From the sequence record NC_010811.2: DNA of 64,000 nt, one strand, 5' to 3'. The notes under the pieces were generated by a model. That model was not told the DNA's origin. It did no database searches and was given only the letters and a program-made list of their open reading frames with translations. Position numbers and translations under genes: made by a program. Position 1 is the first letter of the stretch, and every line of letters starts with the position of its first letter. Positions 37,340-46,096 of the stretch are shown one piece after another.

Positions 37340-37681
37340 ATGGCACAGAAAGGGCCCGGAATTAAGTACGAAGGTCACTGGTACTCATCGTTCGAGCCGT
37401 GGTGGCCATCGCCCACAACCAGCGACTGGCCCTGGACTGGTCAGTCTGCGTTCCTCAACAAGCTGGAACGGGTTGAGTCGACGCTGGACCCGGTGGCCTA
37501 CCGCGGAATCAGCCGCTGCCGTGTCTGTGGTGAGGGGAACGGATGTGAAGAATTCAACCTGGAGGGGTGGCGCTGGCCCTCAGGCTTCCGTCACTACATC
37601 GAACAACACAACGTCAAGCCGAGCAGCGAATTCATTGCAATGATCGTGGAACAGCACGCACGGATTCTGCAGTCCCGGTAA
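37340..37681 (+). CDS. Hypothetical phage protein
   Basis: YRGISRCRVCGEGNG...WRWPSGFRHYIEQHNVKP. Confidence 0.7.
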   Translation: MAQKGPGIKYEGHWYSSFEPWWPSPTTSDWPWTGQSAFLNKLERVESTLDPVAYRGISRCRVCGEGNGCEEFNLEGWRWPSGFRHYIEQHNVKPSSEFIAMIVEQHARILQSR

Positions 37682-37744
37682 ATAGACATCAGCTACCAAA
37701 AGATGTATCGCCATGATCGCACTTCTTCTGATTGATATCCAGCC

Positions 37745-38146
37745 ATGACTCGAACTCCACAATTCCAAGGCGGTATGCTGGTGCCCACGGGCGAGTTGAA
37801 GGTGGTGGACGCTACGGTGGAACGTGTGTCCCGCCTTGACGGCCAGATCAACGCCACCGTCATCTTCGAAGACGAGCTCGGCATCCGCTTCAAGATCCGT
37901 GGCTACGGAGGCGGGTCTATCGCTGCTGAACTCAGGCCCTTGGAATGGCCGACGGACGTCCAGGGGCGCTACCACTTCAAAGGCGACCGGGAAAGCTGGG
38001 GTTCTCGTGCTCGCTATGCGGCCACTGCTTCGTCCAAGGATGAGGCGCTGGCCAAGATCAAGGCGCGACACAAGTACGAGGATGTGAATCGGCTGACCCT
38101 GACCGCGATCACCAAACCAACCGACGAGGATGTGACCTATGGCTGA
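37745..38146 (+). CDS. Hypothetical protein
   Basis: 133-aa ORF. Confidence 0.55.
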   Translation: MTRTPQFQGGMLVPTGELKVVDATVERVSRLDGQINATVIFEDELGIRFKIRGYGGGSIAAELRPLEWPTDVQGRYHFKGDRESWGSRARYAATASSKDEALAKIKARHKYEDVNRLTLTAITKPTDEDVTYG

Positions 38147-38363
38147 GCAGAATGAAGTGACCACCGTCAACTTCCAGAACTATTCGGTGATCGACCGCAG
38201 TCGTATATCGCAACTCCGTTGGTTCGCTCGCAAGAATTTCCAGACCGGCGTGCACGAACCCAAGGTGTTGCAGGCTGGCTATCCGTGCACCGTGTTCAAG
38301 GATGGAAAGCAGGTTTCGGTGTCCACCATGTGGGAGGACATCCCCACGGTATTCGAAGATTAG
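38139..38363 (+). CDS. Hypothetical protein
   Basis: SD GAGGA. Confidence 0.55.
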   Translation: MAEQNEVTTVNFQNYSVIDRSRISQLRWFARKNFQTGVHEPKVLQAGYPCTVFKDGKQVSVSTMWEDIPTVFED

Positions 38364-38380
38364 TGACGAGGGAATAGCAC

Positions 38381-38611
38381 ATGGAAAAGCTGAAAGTGAA
38401 CGGGCTGTCGCCACTGCAAACGCTGGTGGCTATTGGTGCGGGTCTCGGAGTGAACATTCTAGCTCCTCTGCAGAATCTCCCGTCCAAGTTCAAGGAACGT
38501 CCTGCTCGAAAGCAGACGGCAGAAGATCGTAAGCGGCTGGAAGCGGCTGCGGCCAAGCGCGAGCGCAAGGCACGCAAACTCATGGGACCTAGAAATGACC
38601 AAACCAAGTAA
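38381..38611 (+). CDS. Small basic hypothetical protein
   Basis: C-terminal LEAAAAKRERKARK. Confidence 0.55.
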   Translation: MEKLKVNGLSPLQTLVAIGAGLGVNILAPLQNLPSKFKERPARKQTAEDRKRLEAAAAKRERKARKLMGPRNDQTK

Positions 38612-39023
38612 GCGATTCGGCAACCTCAGCCGCGACGAAAAGCTGCAATTGATGGCCGACTGGGTAGACGGCAAGGTCATCGAAGTCGGCCTGGAGGATA
38701 CCGCTGATGGTGAATACTACATCGCGGGCTGGAGTGCGGAACGACATCCAGCTTGGACCGCGCATAGCTTCTACCGCGTGCGCCCCACGTTGCCCAACAT
38801 CGACTGGGCGCACGTCAGTTCGCAGTTCAGATACATGGCCACGTCGCCCGATGGGCAAACGTTCCTGTATGTGAATCGCCCCATCTTGGGATCCAATCAT
38901 TGGACCTTTGTGTTCTCTGAAACCCACGCAGTGTCGGCGACTGTTGCTAACATCTACAGCTCCTTCAAGCCTGGAACTTGCGACTGGCAACTGTCGCTAG
39001 TAGAACGCCCTGATGGAGTGTGA
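38595..39023 (+). CDS. Hypothetical phage protein
   Basis: IDWAHVSSQFRYMAT.PDG..FLY..RP. Confidence 0.65.
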   Translation: MTKPSKRFGNLSRDEKLQLMADWVDGKVIEVGLEDTADGEYYIAGWSAERHPAWTAHSFYRVRPTLPNIDWAHVSSQFRYMATSPDGQTFLYVNRPILGSNHWTFVFSETHAVSATVANIYSSFKPGTCDWQLSLVERPDGV

Positions 39024-39024
39024 C

Positions 39025-39456
39025 ATGGAAGAGAAGACCCAAACCCAGTACCTGTACTGGGAAGAGGCAGGATTGGCCGGCGACTACGTGCACATGCACA
39101 TTGTGAACGTACCTGACCACGTGCCGGGCCGCGCCTATCAACAGCTGATGTCGCTGTCGGCGTTCGACCGTCGACTGTGGTCGCACACGCAATCGTACGA
39201 TCCTAAGACGGGTGCGTTCCTAGGGTATCGCAATCAAGGGGACGTGCACTTCCAAATGGAGTGCGTTGAAAACAGTAAGCCGGGTGCCACTCGTGTAGTA
39301 GAAAAGTTGTACCGACTGTGGGCGGGGAATCCTGATATGCGAGCGACTCTGCTGATGTTGCCGCGCACGGTCCACGCCTCGGTTTGGGACTTCTACAAAC
39401 ACATCGAGTACGACTGGCGCACTGCCACGCTGCGCGGAAGGAAGCTTCAGCAATGA
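39025..39456 (+). CDS. Hypothetical protein, paralogue 1 of a tandem pair
   Basis: YQQLMSLSAFDRRLWSHTQ...SVWDFYKHIEYDWRTATLRG. Confidence 0.65.
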   Translation: MEEKTQTQYLYWEEAGLAGDYVHMHIVNVPDHVPGRAYQQLMSLSAFDRRLWSHTQSYDPKTGAFLGYRNQGDVHFQMECVENSKPGATRVVEKLYRLWAGNPDMRATLLMLPRTVHASVWDFYKHIEYDWRTATLRGRKLQQ

Positions 39457-39884
39457 AAGACGAAGACATTCTGCTGTATATCATCGCCGAGCGCGATTCG
39501 CTTTATAGCGACCTGAAGGCGCTGCACCGCGTGCGAGTGGACCCAGCTGTGAAGGGTGGCGAATACCGCCAGATTCTGTCACTCGAGGCCCTGCGTCGTC
39601 GTATGTACGCGCACACTCAGTTGATGAAGCAAGTGAATGGCACTTGCCAGATTGTGGCTCACCGTAACGAGAAGGATCCGTACTTCTCGATTCGCGAGTG
39701 GGGGCGCGGTGCCAGCTATACATGGGACATCTTCATGAAGGACCGCGCGCAGCAATTCTTGCAGAAGAGTCCGACGTGGAAGAAAGTGCAGCAGTACGAC
39801 CACGCAGACGTCTGGCAGTTCTTCGCACACATCGACTACGATCACAAGAAGGGTACCTTGAAGGGTATCCGACTCAAATCATGA
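39453..39884 (+). CDS. Hypothetical protein, paralogue 2 of a tandem pair
   Basis: YRQILSLEALRRRMYAHTQ...DVWQFFAHIDYDHKKGTLKG. Confidence 0.65.
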   Translation: MKDEDILLYIIAERDSLYSDLKALHRVRVDPAVKGGEYRQILSLEALRRRMYAHTQLMKQVNGTCQIVAHRNEKDPYFSIREWGRGASYTWDIFMKDRAQQFLQKSPTWKKVQQYDHADVWQFFAHIDYDHKKGTLKGIRLKS

Positions 39885-40126
39885 CTATCATAACCCCACT
39901 CCAGAAGGAATTCGCGGAGCTGATGGTTTCCGTTCTCGACGAGCCGAGTGCCGAGCAGCGCTACAAGCTGGCGTTAGACGCCATCAGCCGCTGGTCGGTC
40001 ATGGACTTCCCCGAGAAGGCAGGTTACATGGGAACGATCGCCACGGTGGCGTTGAATCCCGTGAAGTTCATGTCCGCACAAGAGCGATTCATCCTCGCTC
40101 TAGGCAAGCTGGAGGGCAAGGCATGA
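39881..40126 (+). CDS. Hypothetical protein
   Basis: ATGA overlaps. Confidence 0.5.
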   Translation: MTIITPLQKEFAELMVSVLDEPSAEQRYKLALDAISRWSVMDFPEKAGYMGTIATVALNPVKFMSAQERFILALGKLEGKA

Positions 40127-40503
40127 CCCCAGGACAAGCACGGCGCATTTATCGCTATCTAGCGATGCGCACACGTACACGAGATGGTCGCCGGGTGCGA
40201 ATCGTAACCGGACTGCGGCTGTTCCTTCACCTGCGAGTGCCTTTCGCTGTGATTCGTAGCGCCGAGTTCGACAACATCGACAACGTTTCGAGTTTCGGAC
40301 CGGCTGTCGACAAGAAGTTGAGCGATCGCACATACGCTCGCTACAATGTGTACATGGCGATCGGGGCGCAGTATCGAGTAACGATCGGAGGACGCGGAGG
40401 ACGTGGCCTTGGTGGTCGAAAGAAGGTAGCGGTCGCACCACGTTTCGTCATGCATCGCGATCGTCCACTACGCAAAGGCTGCAATCTACCACGGAGGAAA
40501 TGA
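40123..40503 (+). CDS. Hypothetical basic protein
   Basis: ATGA overlaps. Confidence 0.5.
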   Translation: MTPGQARRIYRYLAMRTRTRDGRRVRIVTGLRLFLHLRVPFAVIRSAEFDNIDNVSSFGPAVDKKLSDRTYARYNVYMAIGAQYRVTIGGRGGRGLGGRKKVAVAPRFVMHRDRPLRKGCNLPRRK

Positions 40504-40871
40504 TGTCCATGTCTGACAAGATGGAGCCCAAGCTCCCTGAATCATGGGCCGAATTGTTGGAGCTCGTACAGAAGTTGGGCGCCCCCGCAACCCCGCCCAT
40601 CATCGGACCGCGCACACAGCCGTTCCCATTCGTCAGCCCGCAACCCTACGTCGGGCCAAACACCCAGATCATCGGCACCTGCAGTCTGTGTGGTGGGCCA
40701 GTGACCTTGCCCATGATCTGGGGTAGTGTGGTTCCCCCAACTCCTACGTGTGCTGCGTGTGGCGCACTTCCTGCCAAAGGCTTCGGTCCCGTGATCGACA
40801 TGCGACCGGGTCCCGCGATCAAATACACCACGACTAGCAATAGCGTGGATCCCACCAAGGATCAGCAATGA
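40500..40871 (+). CDS. Pro-rich protein with a Zn-ribbon motif
   Basis: CSLCGG...CAACGA. Confidence 0.6.
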   Translation: MMSMSDKMEPKLPESWAELLELVQKLGAPATPPIIGPRTQPFPFVSPQPYVGPNTQIIGTCSLCGGPVTLPMIWGSVVPPTPTCAACGALPAKGFGPVIDMRPGPAIKYTTTSNSVDPTKDQQ

Positions 40872-42121
40872 ACGTTGTCAAAGACGAAGACATGCGCGTG
40901 CCGTTGCGCAACTGGGCATCGACCCTCGAACAAGCGGCGCTGGAACAAGCCAAGAACATCACCCGACTGCCCTTCATCCATCCGCACGGCGTCGCGTTGA
41001 TGCCGGACGCGCACGCAGGCATCGGCAGCACGGTAGGATCGGTGATCGCTACGCAAGGTGCCATCATTCCGGCGGCGGTGGGCGTGGACATCGGCTGCGG
41101 CATGGTGGCGGTTCGTACCAGTCTCAAGGCCAGTCAGTTGCCGGACAACCTGCGCGATGTTCGCTTGCAGATCGAACGCGACATCCCGCTGGGTCCTGGT
41201 GGCAAGCACCGTGCTGACTCGTTCGACAAGCTGCGTCAAAGCGTGTGGGCGTACCTGGACCCGACAAGCGACCGCAACAACATCGACGCTCGTGTGCGAT
41301 TGGGCCTGATGTCTGCATTCGTCGACAATCGACGCGGCACGAAGGACCCGCTCGGCGACCTGAGCGCCAAAGCGTGGGAGCAGCTTGGCACGCTGGGTTC
41401 CGGCAACCACTTCATTGAACTGTGCGTGGACCAGTCGCAAGACGTGTGGATCATGCTGCATAGCGGTTCGCGCGGTGTGGGCAACATCATCGGCCGTCAC
41501 TACATCGAGCGTGCGCAGAAGGAGTGCGGCATGTGGCACAGCAGCCTGCCGCACAACGATCTCGCGTTCTTCCCTGAGGACACTCCGGGCTTCAATCACT
41601 ACGTCCTGTCCATGCTGTGGGCGCAGGACTTCGCTCGGCAGAATCGTGCGGTGATGTTGCAGATCGTGATCCAAGCGCTGCGTCGTCATCTGCCGGCCTT
41701 CGAGCTGACGGAAGAGGCGGTGAACTGCCACCACAACTATTGTGAGCAGGAGAACCACTTCGGGCGCAACGTGTGGGTCACGCGCAAGGGTGCGGTTCGT
41801 GCACGTGAAGACGATCTGGGGATCATTCCGGGATCCATGGGTACGAAGTCGTACATCGTCAAGGGCAAGGGCAATCCGCATTCGTACTGCTCGTGCAGTC
41901 ACGGGGCAGGACGCCGTATGTCGCGCACCGAGGCCGTCAAGCGATTCACCGTCGAAGACCTCGTGCAGCAGACGCAGGGTGTTGAATGCCCGAAGACCAA
42001 GGAAGTGCTGGATGAAATCCCGGCCGCGTACAAGGACATCGATCAGGTGATGCTTGACCAAAGCGATCTGGTGGAAGTCGTTCATACGCTGAAGGCCGTT
42101 CTCAACGTGAAAGGATACTGA
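40868..42121 (+). CDS. rtcB: RtcB 3'-phosphate/5'-OH RNA ligase
   Basis: LMPDAHAG, VGVDIGCG, LGTLGSGNHFIE, HSGSRG, CHHN, RKGA, IIPGSMG, SCSHGAGR, DEIPAAYK. Confidence 0.97.
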   Translation: MNVVKDEDMRVPLRNWASTLEQAALEQAKNITRLPFIHPHGVALMPDAHAGIGSTVGSVIATQGAIIPAAVGVDIGCGMVAVRTSLKASQLPDNLRDVRLQIERDIPLGPGGKHRADSFDKLRQSVWAYLDPTSDRNNIDARVRLGLMSAFVDNRRGTKDPLGDLSAKAWEQLGTLGSGNHFIELCVDQSQDVWIMLHSGSRGVGNIIGRHYIERAQKECGMWHSSLPHNDLAFFPEDTPGFNHYVLSMLWAQDFARQNRAVMLQIVIQALRRHLPAFELTEEAVNCHHNYCEQENHFGRNVWVTRKGAVRAREDDLGIIPGSMGTKSYIVKGKGNPHSYCSCSHGAGRRMSRTEAVKRFTVEDLVQQTQGVECPKTKEVLDEIPAAYKDIDQVMLDQSDLVEVVHTLKAVLNVKGY

Positions 42122-42123
42122 TC

Positions 42124-42387
42124 ATGGATCAAAAGAAACCGGTAGACGAGCGCCTGCGTCAGATTGTTGCTGAGCAGTTCGGCGTGAAGGTGGAACAGGT
42201 GCGCATGGAGTCTGACCTGAGCCAGGAATTCGGCGGCGATAGCCTCGATTGCATCGAAATCGTGATGCAGACCGAGGACGAGTTCCGTATCGAGATTCCG
42301 GACGACGAGGCCAACTCGGTGACCACCGTACAGTCGCTGTACGACCTCACGGTCAAGCATCTGAACAAGAAGGCGGAGGCCCTGTGA
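42124..42387 (+). CDS. acpP: Acyl carrier protein
   Basis: IVAEQFGV...GGDSLDCIEIVMQTEDEFRIEIPDDEA..TV, with DSL phosphopantetheine site. Confidence 0.92.
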   Translation: MDQKKPVDERLRQIVAEQFGVKVEQVRMESDLSQEFGGDSLDCIEIVMQTEDEFRIEIPDDEANSVTTVQSLYDLTVKHLNKKAEAL

Positions 42388-42692
42388 AAGCCCTACTGAT
42401 CGGTGGGTTGCTGGCTTGTGGGCTGGCACATGCGGCACCCGACAACGTGTTCGGCGCCGGGGCTTCGTGTTTCGTTCCACTGTCCAGTGACCAAGCTGTT
42501 CGCTACGTGAACGCCGCTCAAGTGCGTTCGGTGTACGTAGAAAACAACAGCACCAAGCTGGTGGTGGTCATGGATTGGGTTGGAACTAGCGTAGTCCAGC
42601 AAGACTACTCGATCCTCTACCCTAGTGCTGCAGAAGCGTGGGCAGGCATGCTCGCCTTTCTGAAGCGCGTGGACTCGTGTGCGAGGCGCTAA
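42384..42692 (+). CDS. Secreted hypothetical protein
   Basis: GTG start, signal peptide ending LAHA. Confidence 0.6.
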   Translation: MKALLIGGLLACGLAHAAPDNVFGAGASCFVPLSSDQAVRYVNAAQVRSVYVENNSTKLVVVMDWVGTSVVQQDYSILYPSAAEAWAGMLAFLKRVDSCARR

Positions 42693-42913
42693 TGTCCAAG
42701 GTCATCGTGTACAAGGACATGCGTGTGGGACACGGTGAACTCCACACGCTGCTCACCGAACGAGACAAGGCTGAAGGCAAGAAGCGGCAGGAGATCCAAG
42801 TCCAAATCGACAAGCTGGTGGCGCGACTGGACGCGGACTTCTACAAGCACGTGCCCCGTGACTTCTTTGAGCGCCTTAATCTGCCATGCACAACAGCGAA
42901 CGACGCATCCTAG
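42692..42913 (+). CDS. Small hypothetical protein
   Basis: TAATG overlap. Confidence 0.55.
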   Translation: MSKVIVYKDMRVGHGELHTLLTERDKAEGKKRQEIQVQIDKLVARLDADFYKHVPRDFFERLNLPCTTANDAS

Positions 42914-43533
42914 TCCTGCCGCTGCGCGCCAGCATTCCACGAGGCTTTTCTTGCGATGTGGAGCTGGCGCCCATAAGCCGGGATCCCGTGGGCAGCGCCC
43001 TCAGCCCTTTCTTCCTCGGGCCATGCTCGGCGCCCGACGGCCTTGAGTTCCAGAACATGGAGAACTTGTGGCAGTACAGCAAGGTCTACAAGCATCTTGG
43101 ACATTTGGTGGAAGACGGTCCCCGTCACAATCTACCGAGTGACGAGTATATGCGATGGAGGGCAGACGGCGCAGCACGCACTCGTGCCGATCGCTATCCA
43201 GCAGGTCGTGGCGTGCGTCCCGCCTACTCATACTGGCCGGTCACTCGCTGGGCTCCGCACCTGGACTATGTGGCTGCTCGCAAGACCATCTACATACCGG
43301 AGTACGCGCGACTGGCACGCCACATCGACCTATACAAGGATCTTCGTGCTCAGTACAAGAAGGGAGCGCGCATTGTGCTGCGCGACTTCGATGCGTACTC
43401 GTTGTGGGACACCGACCTCACCTATGTGGACGTGATCGAAAACCCAAAGCGGAAAATGGGCCATGCGTTTGTGCTGGCCATGATGTTGGAGCTCGGAACC
43501 CACTTCTACCGGGGGCTCCTTGTACGTGGCTGA
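42886..43533 (+). CDS. DUF6939-like protein (possibly NADAR-related)
   Basis: LSPFFLGP...ENLWQYSKVY...YVAARKTIYIPEY...IVLRDFD...GHAFVLAMML. Confidence 0.55.
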   Translation: MHNSERRILVLPLRASIPRGFSCDVELAPISRDPVGSALSPFFLGPCSAPDGLEFQNMENLWQYSKVYKHLGHLVEDGPRHNLPSDEYMRWRADGAARTRADRYPAGRGVRPAYSYWPVTRWAPHLDYVAARKTIYIPEYARLARHIDLYKDLRAQYKKGARIVLRDFDAYSLWDTDLTYVDVIENPKRKMGHAFVLAMMLELGTHFYRGLLVRG

Positions 43534-43603
43534 ATTTCTGTGGTACAGTGCGGTTGTGGGCTATCCCACACCGTTACCATCCCATCGAAAAGGAGCAACA
43601 CCT

Positions 43604-43908
43604 ATCGCAAAGCAAGACCTGCGCATCAACGAGTTCGACGTCGGGGTCGACGAGCTGTTTTCGGGCGCGTGGATCGCCGTCGAGTGGAACGACCGTAGGC
43701 CGCACCGTCTGCCTGTTGAAAAGCGTGGCGCGGCACAATCGCACTTACCGAGGGCCGCGGAACATCGAGGTCTGGGTACGCGATGGGGCGAATGCATGGC
43801 GCATGAGTACCAACATCCAGCACGATTCCATCGTCGCAGTGCTCGGTAGCCTGGAACAACCTGTCCTATGCCGAGGCCGCAAAACGTGCGGCGCCGTACC
43901 TGAAATAA
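43604..43908 (+). pseudogene. Frameshifted small gene
   Basis: RBS motif at 43580 followed by ATC rather than ATG; removing one C at 43693-4 and one A at 43855-6 gives a continuous frame ending YAEAAKRAAPYLK*. Confidence 0.45.
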
Positions 43909-43913
43909 GGGGC

Positions 43914-43983
43914 TGGCGGGGTGTTGTAGATTCGCAACACCCCGCCACGCGGTCCACACGCGGTGCCCGGTTTGTGGCATAAT
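43914..43983 (+). promoter_or_regulatory. Repeated promoter module
   Basis: 13-bp stem TGGCGGGGTGTTG-TAGATTCG-CAACACCCCGCCA; TGTGG-CATAAT extended -10 (43978-43983); poor -35. Confidence 0.7.
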
Positions 43984-44032
43984 GGTTCACATAGCAGCAC
44001 ACGTTCTACACTCCCATCGAAACGGAGCCAGT

Positions 44033-44226
44033 ATGCAAACCCTCGAACAATTTATCGCGAAGCCGGTATGCGCAACGTGCGCGAAGACCAAGCCGACAAT
44101 TCGTACACGCCAGAAGCTGGCGGGCTGGCCGTCTACGTCAACGGCTTCTACACTGTGTGGGAGTTGGAGGAAAAGCTCCGCTGTCTCAAGGAAGCGAACG
44201 CTCTGTACGCGGAGGCTTCCAAATGA
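44033..44226 (+). pseudogene. Small gene with a frameshift near its start
   Basis: RBS stem-loop 44011-44027 and ATG 44033; coding-like text continues in another frame (YREAGMRNVRE...YAEASK*). Confidence 0.4.
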
Positions 44227-44417
44227 AAATCCGCCACATCGACATTGAGCTTGAAGCGTACGAGCTCGACCAGTTCTTCCAGCTCTGCGAGGCAAACGAC
44301 CTGCGTCACGAGCGCCTCTGGGGCGTGGAGCCCCACGCTTGCTATCGCGTGTATGTGCCCCACACCGATTTCGCCCCGCAGGCATTACAGAACGCCCTTG
44401 AAACCCTCTTCGGCTAA
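44223..44417 (+). CDS. Small hypothetical protein
   Basis: SD GGAGG, ATGA overlap. Confidence 0.55.
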   Translation: MKIRHIDIELEAYELDQFFQLCEANDLRHERLWGVEPHACYRVYVPHTDFAPQALQNALETLFG

Positions 44418-44554
44418 GGAGCCCATCATGCGCTACACACAACGCCCCTACATCATGCGCGAGTACAATCGCCCCATCGACTACATCGTCACGTGGGCCA
44501 TCTTCGGGATCGCGGCCGGTCTGCTGACGTTCTACTACCTCGCCAAGTAAGATC

Positions 44555-44764
44555 ATGGACCACCAGATCTTGCTGCTCGTCGCGGCGGTCGTCGGCGCAG
44601 GTCTTGCGTTTCGCGTGCTCGGCGCCATCGTCAAGACTGCGGTCGTCCTCGGCCTTCTGCTGTGCATCATCACAGCGCTCAACCCAGTGTGGGGCCAAAT
44701 GGCAGTGGACCTCACGCACTCAGCACTCCAACTGGTCGTCGATCGCATCCAGCGCGTCGTCTGA
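44555..44764 (+). CDS. Small membrane protein
   Basis: Two hydrophobic segments. Confidence 0.6.
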   Translation: MDHQILLLVAAVVGAGLAFRVLGAIVKTAVVLGLLLCIITALNPVWGQMAVDLTHSALQLVVDRIQRVV

Positions 44765-44783
44765 ACGGTTCCAGTTCCGCATC

Positions 44784-44815
44784 AAGGGTCTACCCGGTAA
44801 ATAGGGTAGACCCTT
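44784..44815. promoter_or_regulatory. 12-bp inverted repeat with GGTAAATA loop
   Basis: AAGGGTCTACCC-GGTAAATA-GGGTAGACCCTT upstream of the AAA ATPase. Confidence 0.5.
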
Positions 44816-44836
44816 GACCGTTTCACAAACACCAAC

Positions 44837-46096
44837 ATGCAGACTCTAATCCCAAAGAAGAAGCTGGACTTCTGGATCAAGAACGACGTCAACGTGCTGC
44901 TCAGTGGCAAGCACGGCATCGGCAAGACGCACATCGTTATGGATGTTGCGCGCCGTCACGGCCTGAAGCTCCAGTACTACTCGTGTGCAACGATGGACCC
45001 GTGGGTCGACTTCATCGGTGTGCCACGCACGCGCAGCGGAACGCTGGCCAGCGGCAAGAAGTACCAGTATCTCGACCTGATCCGTCCCAAGGTGTGGGCC
45101 ACCGACCAAGTCGAGATGCTGTTCCTAGACGAGATGACCCGTGCAGACCCCAAGGTGCAGAATGCCATCCTGGAGCTCACGCAGTTCAAGTCCATCAACG
45201 GGAAGAAGTTCAAGAACCTGCGCTGCGTGTGGGCCGCTATCAACCCAGCTCCCGAGGACACCGGCGACGTCGCCTATCACGTGGAACCGCTGGATCCGGC
45301 CCTGGAGTCGCGGTTCCAGGTGCGCATTCAACTGCCGTTCGAACCAGCGCTCGACTACATGACTCGCAAGTTCGGTGCGCAGATCGGCGCGGCTGCGTGT
45401 GCGTGGTGGGAGCAATTGCCGGAGAAGGCGAAGAACGCATTCCCGCCCCGGTCCATGGACTATGCAATCACCTACGTGAAGAAGGGTGGTGCGGCAGAAG
45501 ATGTGATCCCGTCGGCAGTCAGCCGGGGTGGATTCATGGACATGCTGAACAACGCGGCGGCTGCTCAGGCGTCTGGTGTGTCGCCGTCTGCAGTGGTGTT
45601 GGCCACCACTGGCAAGGGGCCGCTGGATCGAGCGCTGCTTGTCACGCTGCGCAACACGAACAGCGTGGTGACGGCCTTCAACGCTGTGACCGCGTTGCGT
45701 GCGGCCTCCGACGAGGAGATCAGCACCCTGATCCGTTCCACGTTGGAGCTACCTCCGGTTCGCGTCAACAACCTGCTGCTGGCGTTGGGCGCGTCACTCG
45801 AATCGCATCGCACGAACAAGCTGTTCGGCTACATGCAGAAGTCGATGCAGGCACAGAACAAACCGGCGAAGTCCCCATTCAAGAAGCCAGCGGTGAAGGC
45901 CATGAAGCAAGGCGTAGATCACGCCGATCGCTGGTCTATGTTCGTTGGCAAGCTCAAGGCTATGAACGGATACTTCGATCCGGACACCGGTGATCTGAGC
46001 GGCATCCAATGGGATCAGCGTAAGCCCAGTACCAACATTCCGGGCACCGCTCAGAACATTCTCAATTCAGCACCGAAGGCTGCGGCCACGCCATGA
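44837..46096 (+). CDS. MoxR-like AAA+ ATPase
   Basis: Walker A GKHGIGKT, Walker B LFLDEMTRA, WAAINP, LDPALESRF. Confidence 0.88.
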   Translation: MQTLIPKKKLDFWIKNDVNVLLSGKHGIGKTHIVMDVARRHGLKLQYYSCATMDPWVDFIGVPRTRSGTLASGKKYQYLDLIRPKVWATDQVEMLFLDEMTRADPKVQNAILELTQFKSINGKKFKNLRCVWAAINPAPEDTGDVAYHVEPLDPALESRFQVRIQLPFEPALDYMTRKFGAQIGAAACAWWEQLPEKAKNAFPPRSMDYAITYVKKGGAAEDVIPSAVSRGGFMDMLNNAAAAQASGVSPSAVVLATTGKGPLDRALLVTLRNTNSVVTAFNAVTALRAASDEEISTLIRSTLELPPVRVNNLLLALGASLESHRTNKLFGYMQKSMQAQNKPAKSPFKKPAVKAMKQGVDHADRWSMFVGKLKAMNGYFDPDTGDLSGIQWDQRKPSTNIPGTAQNILNSAPKAAATP

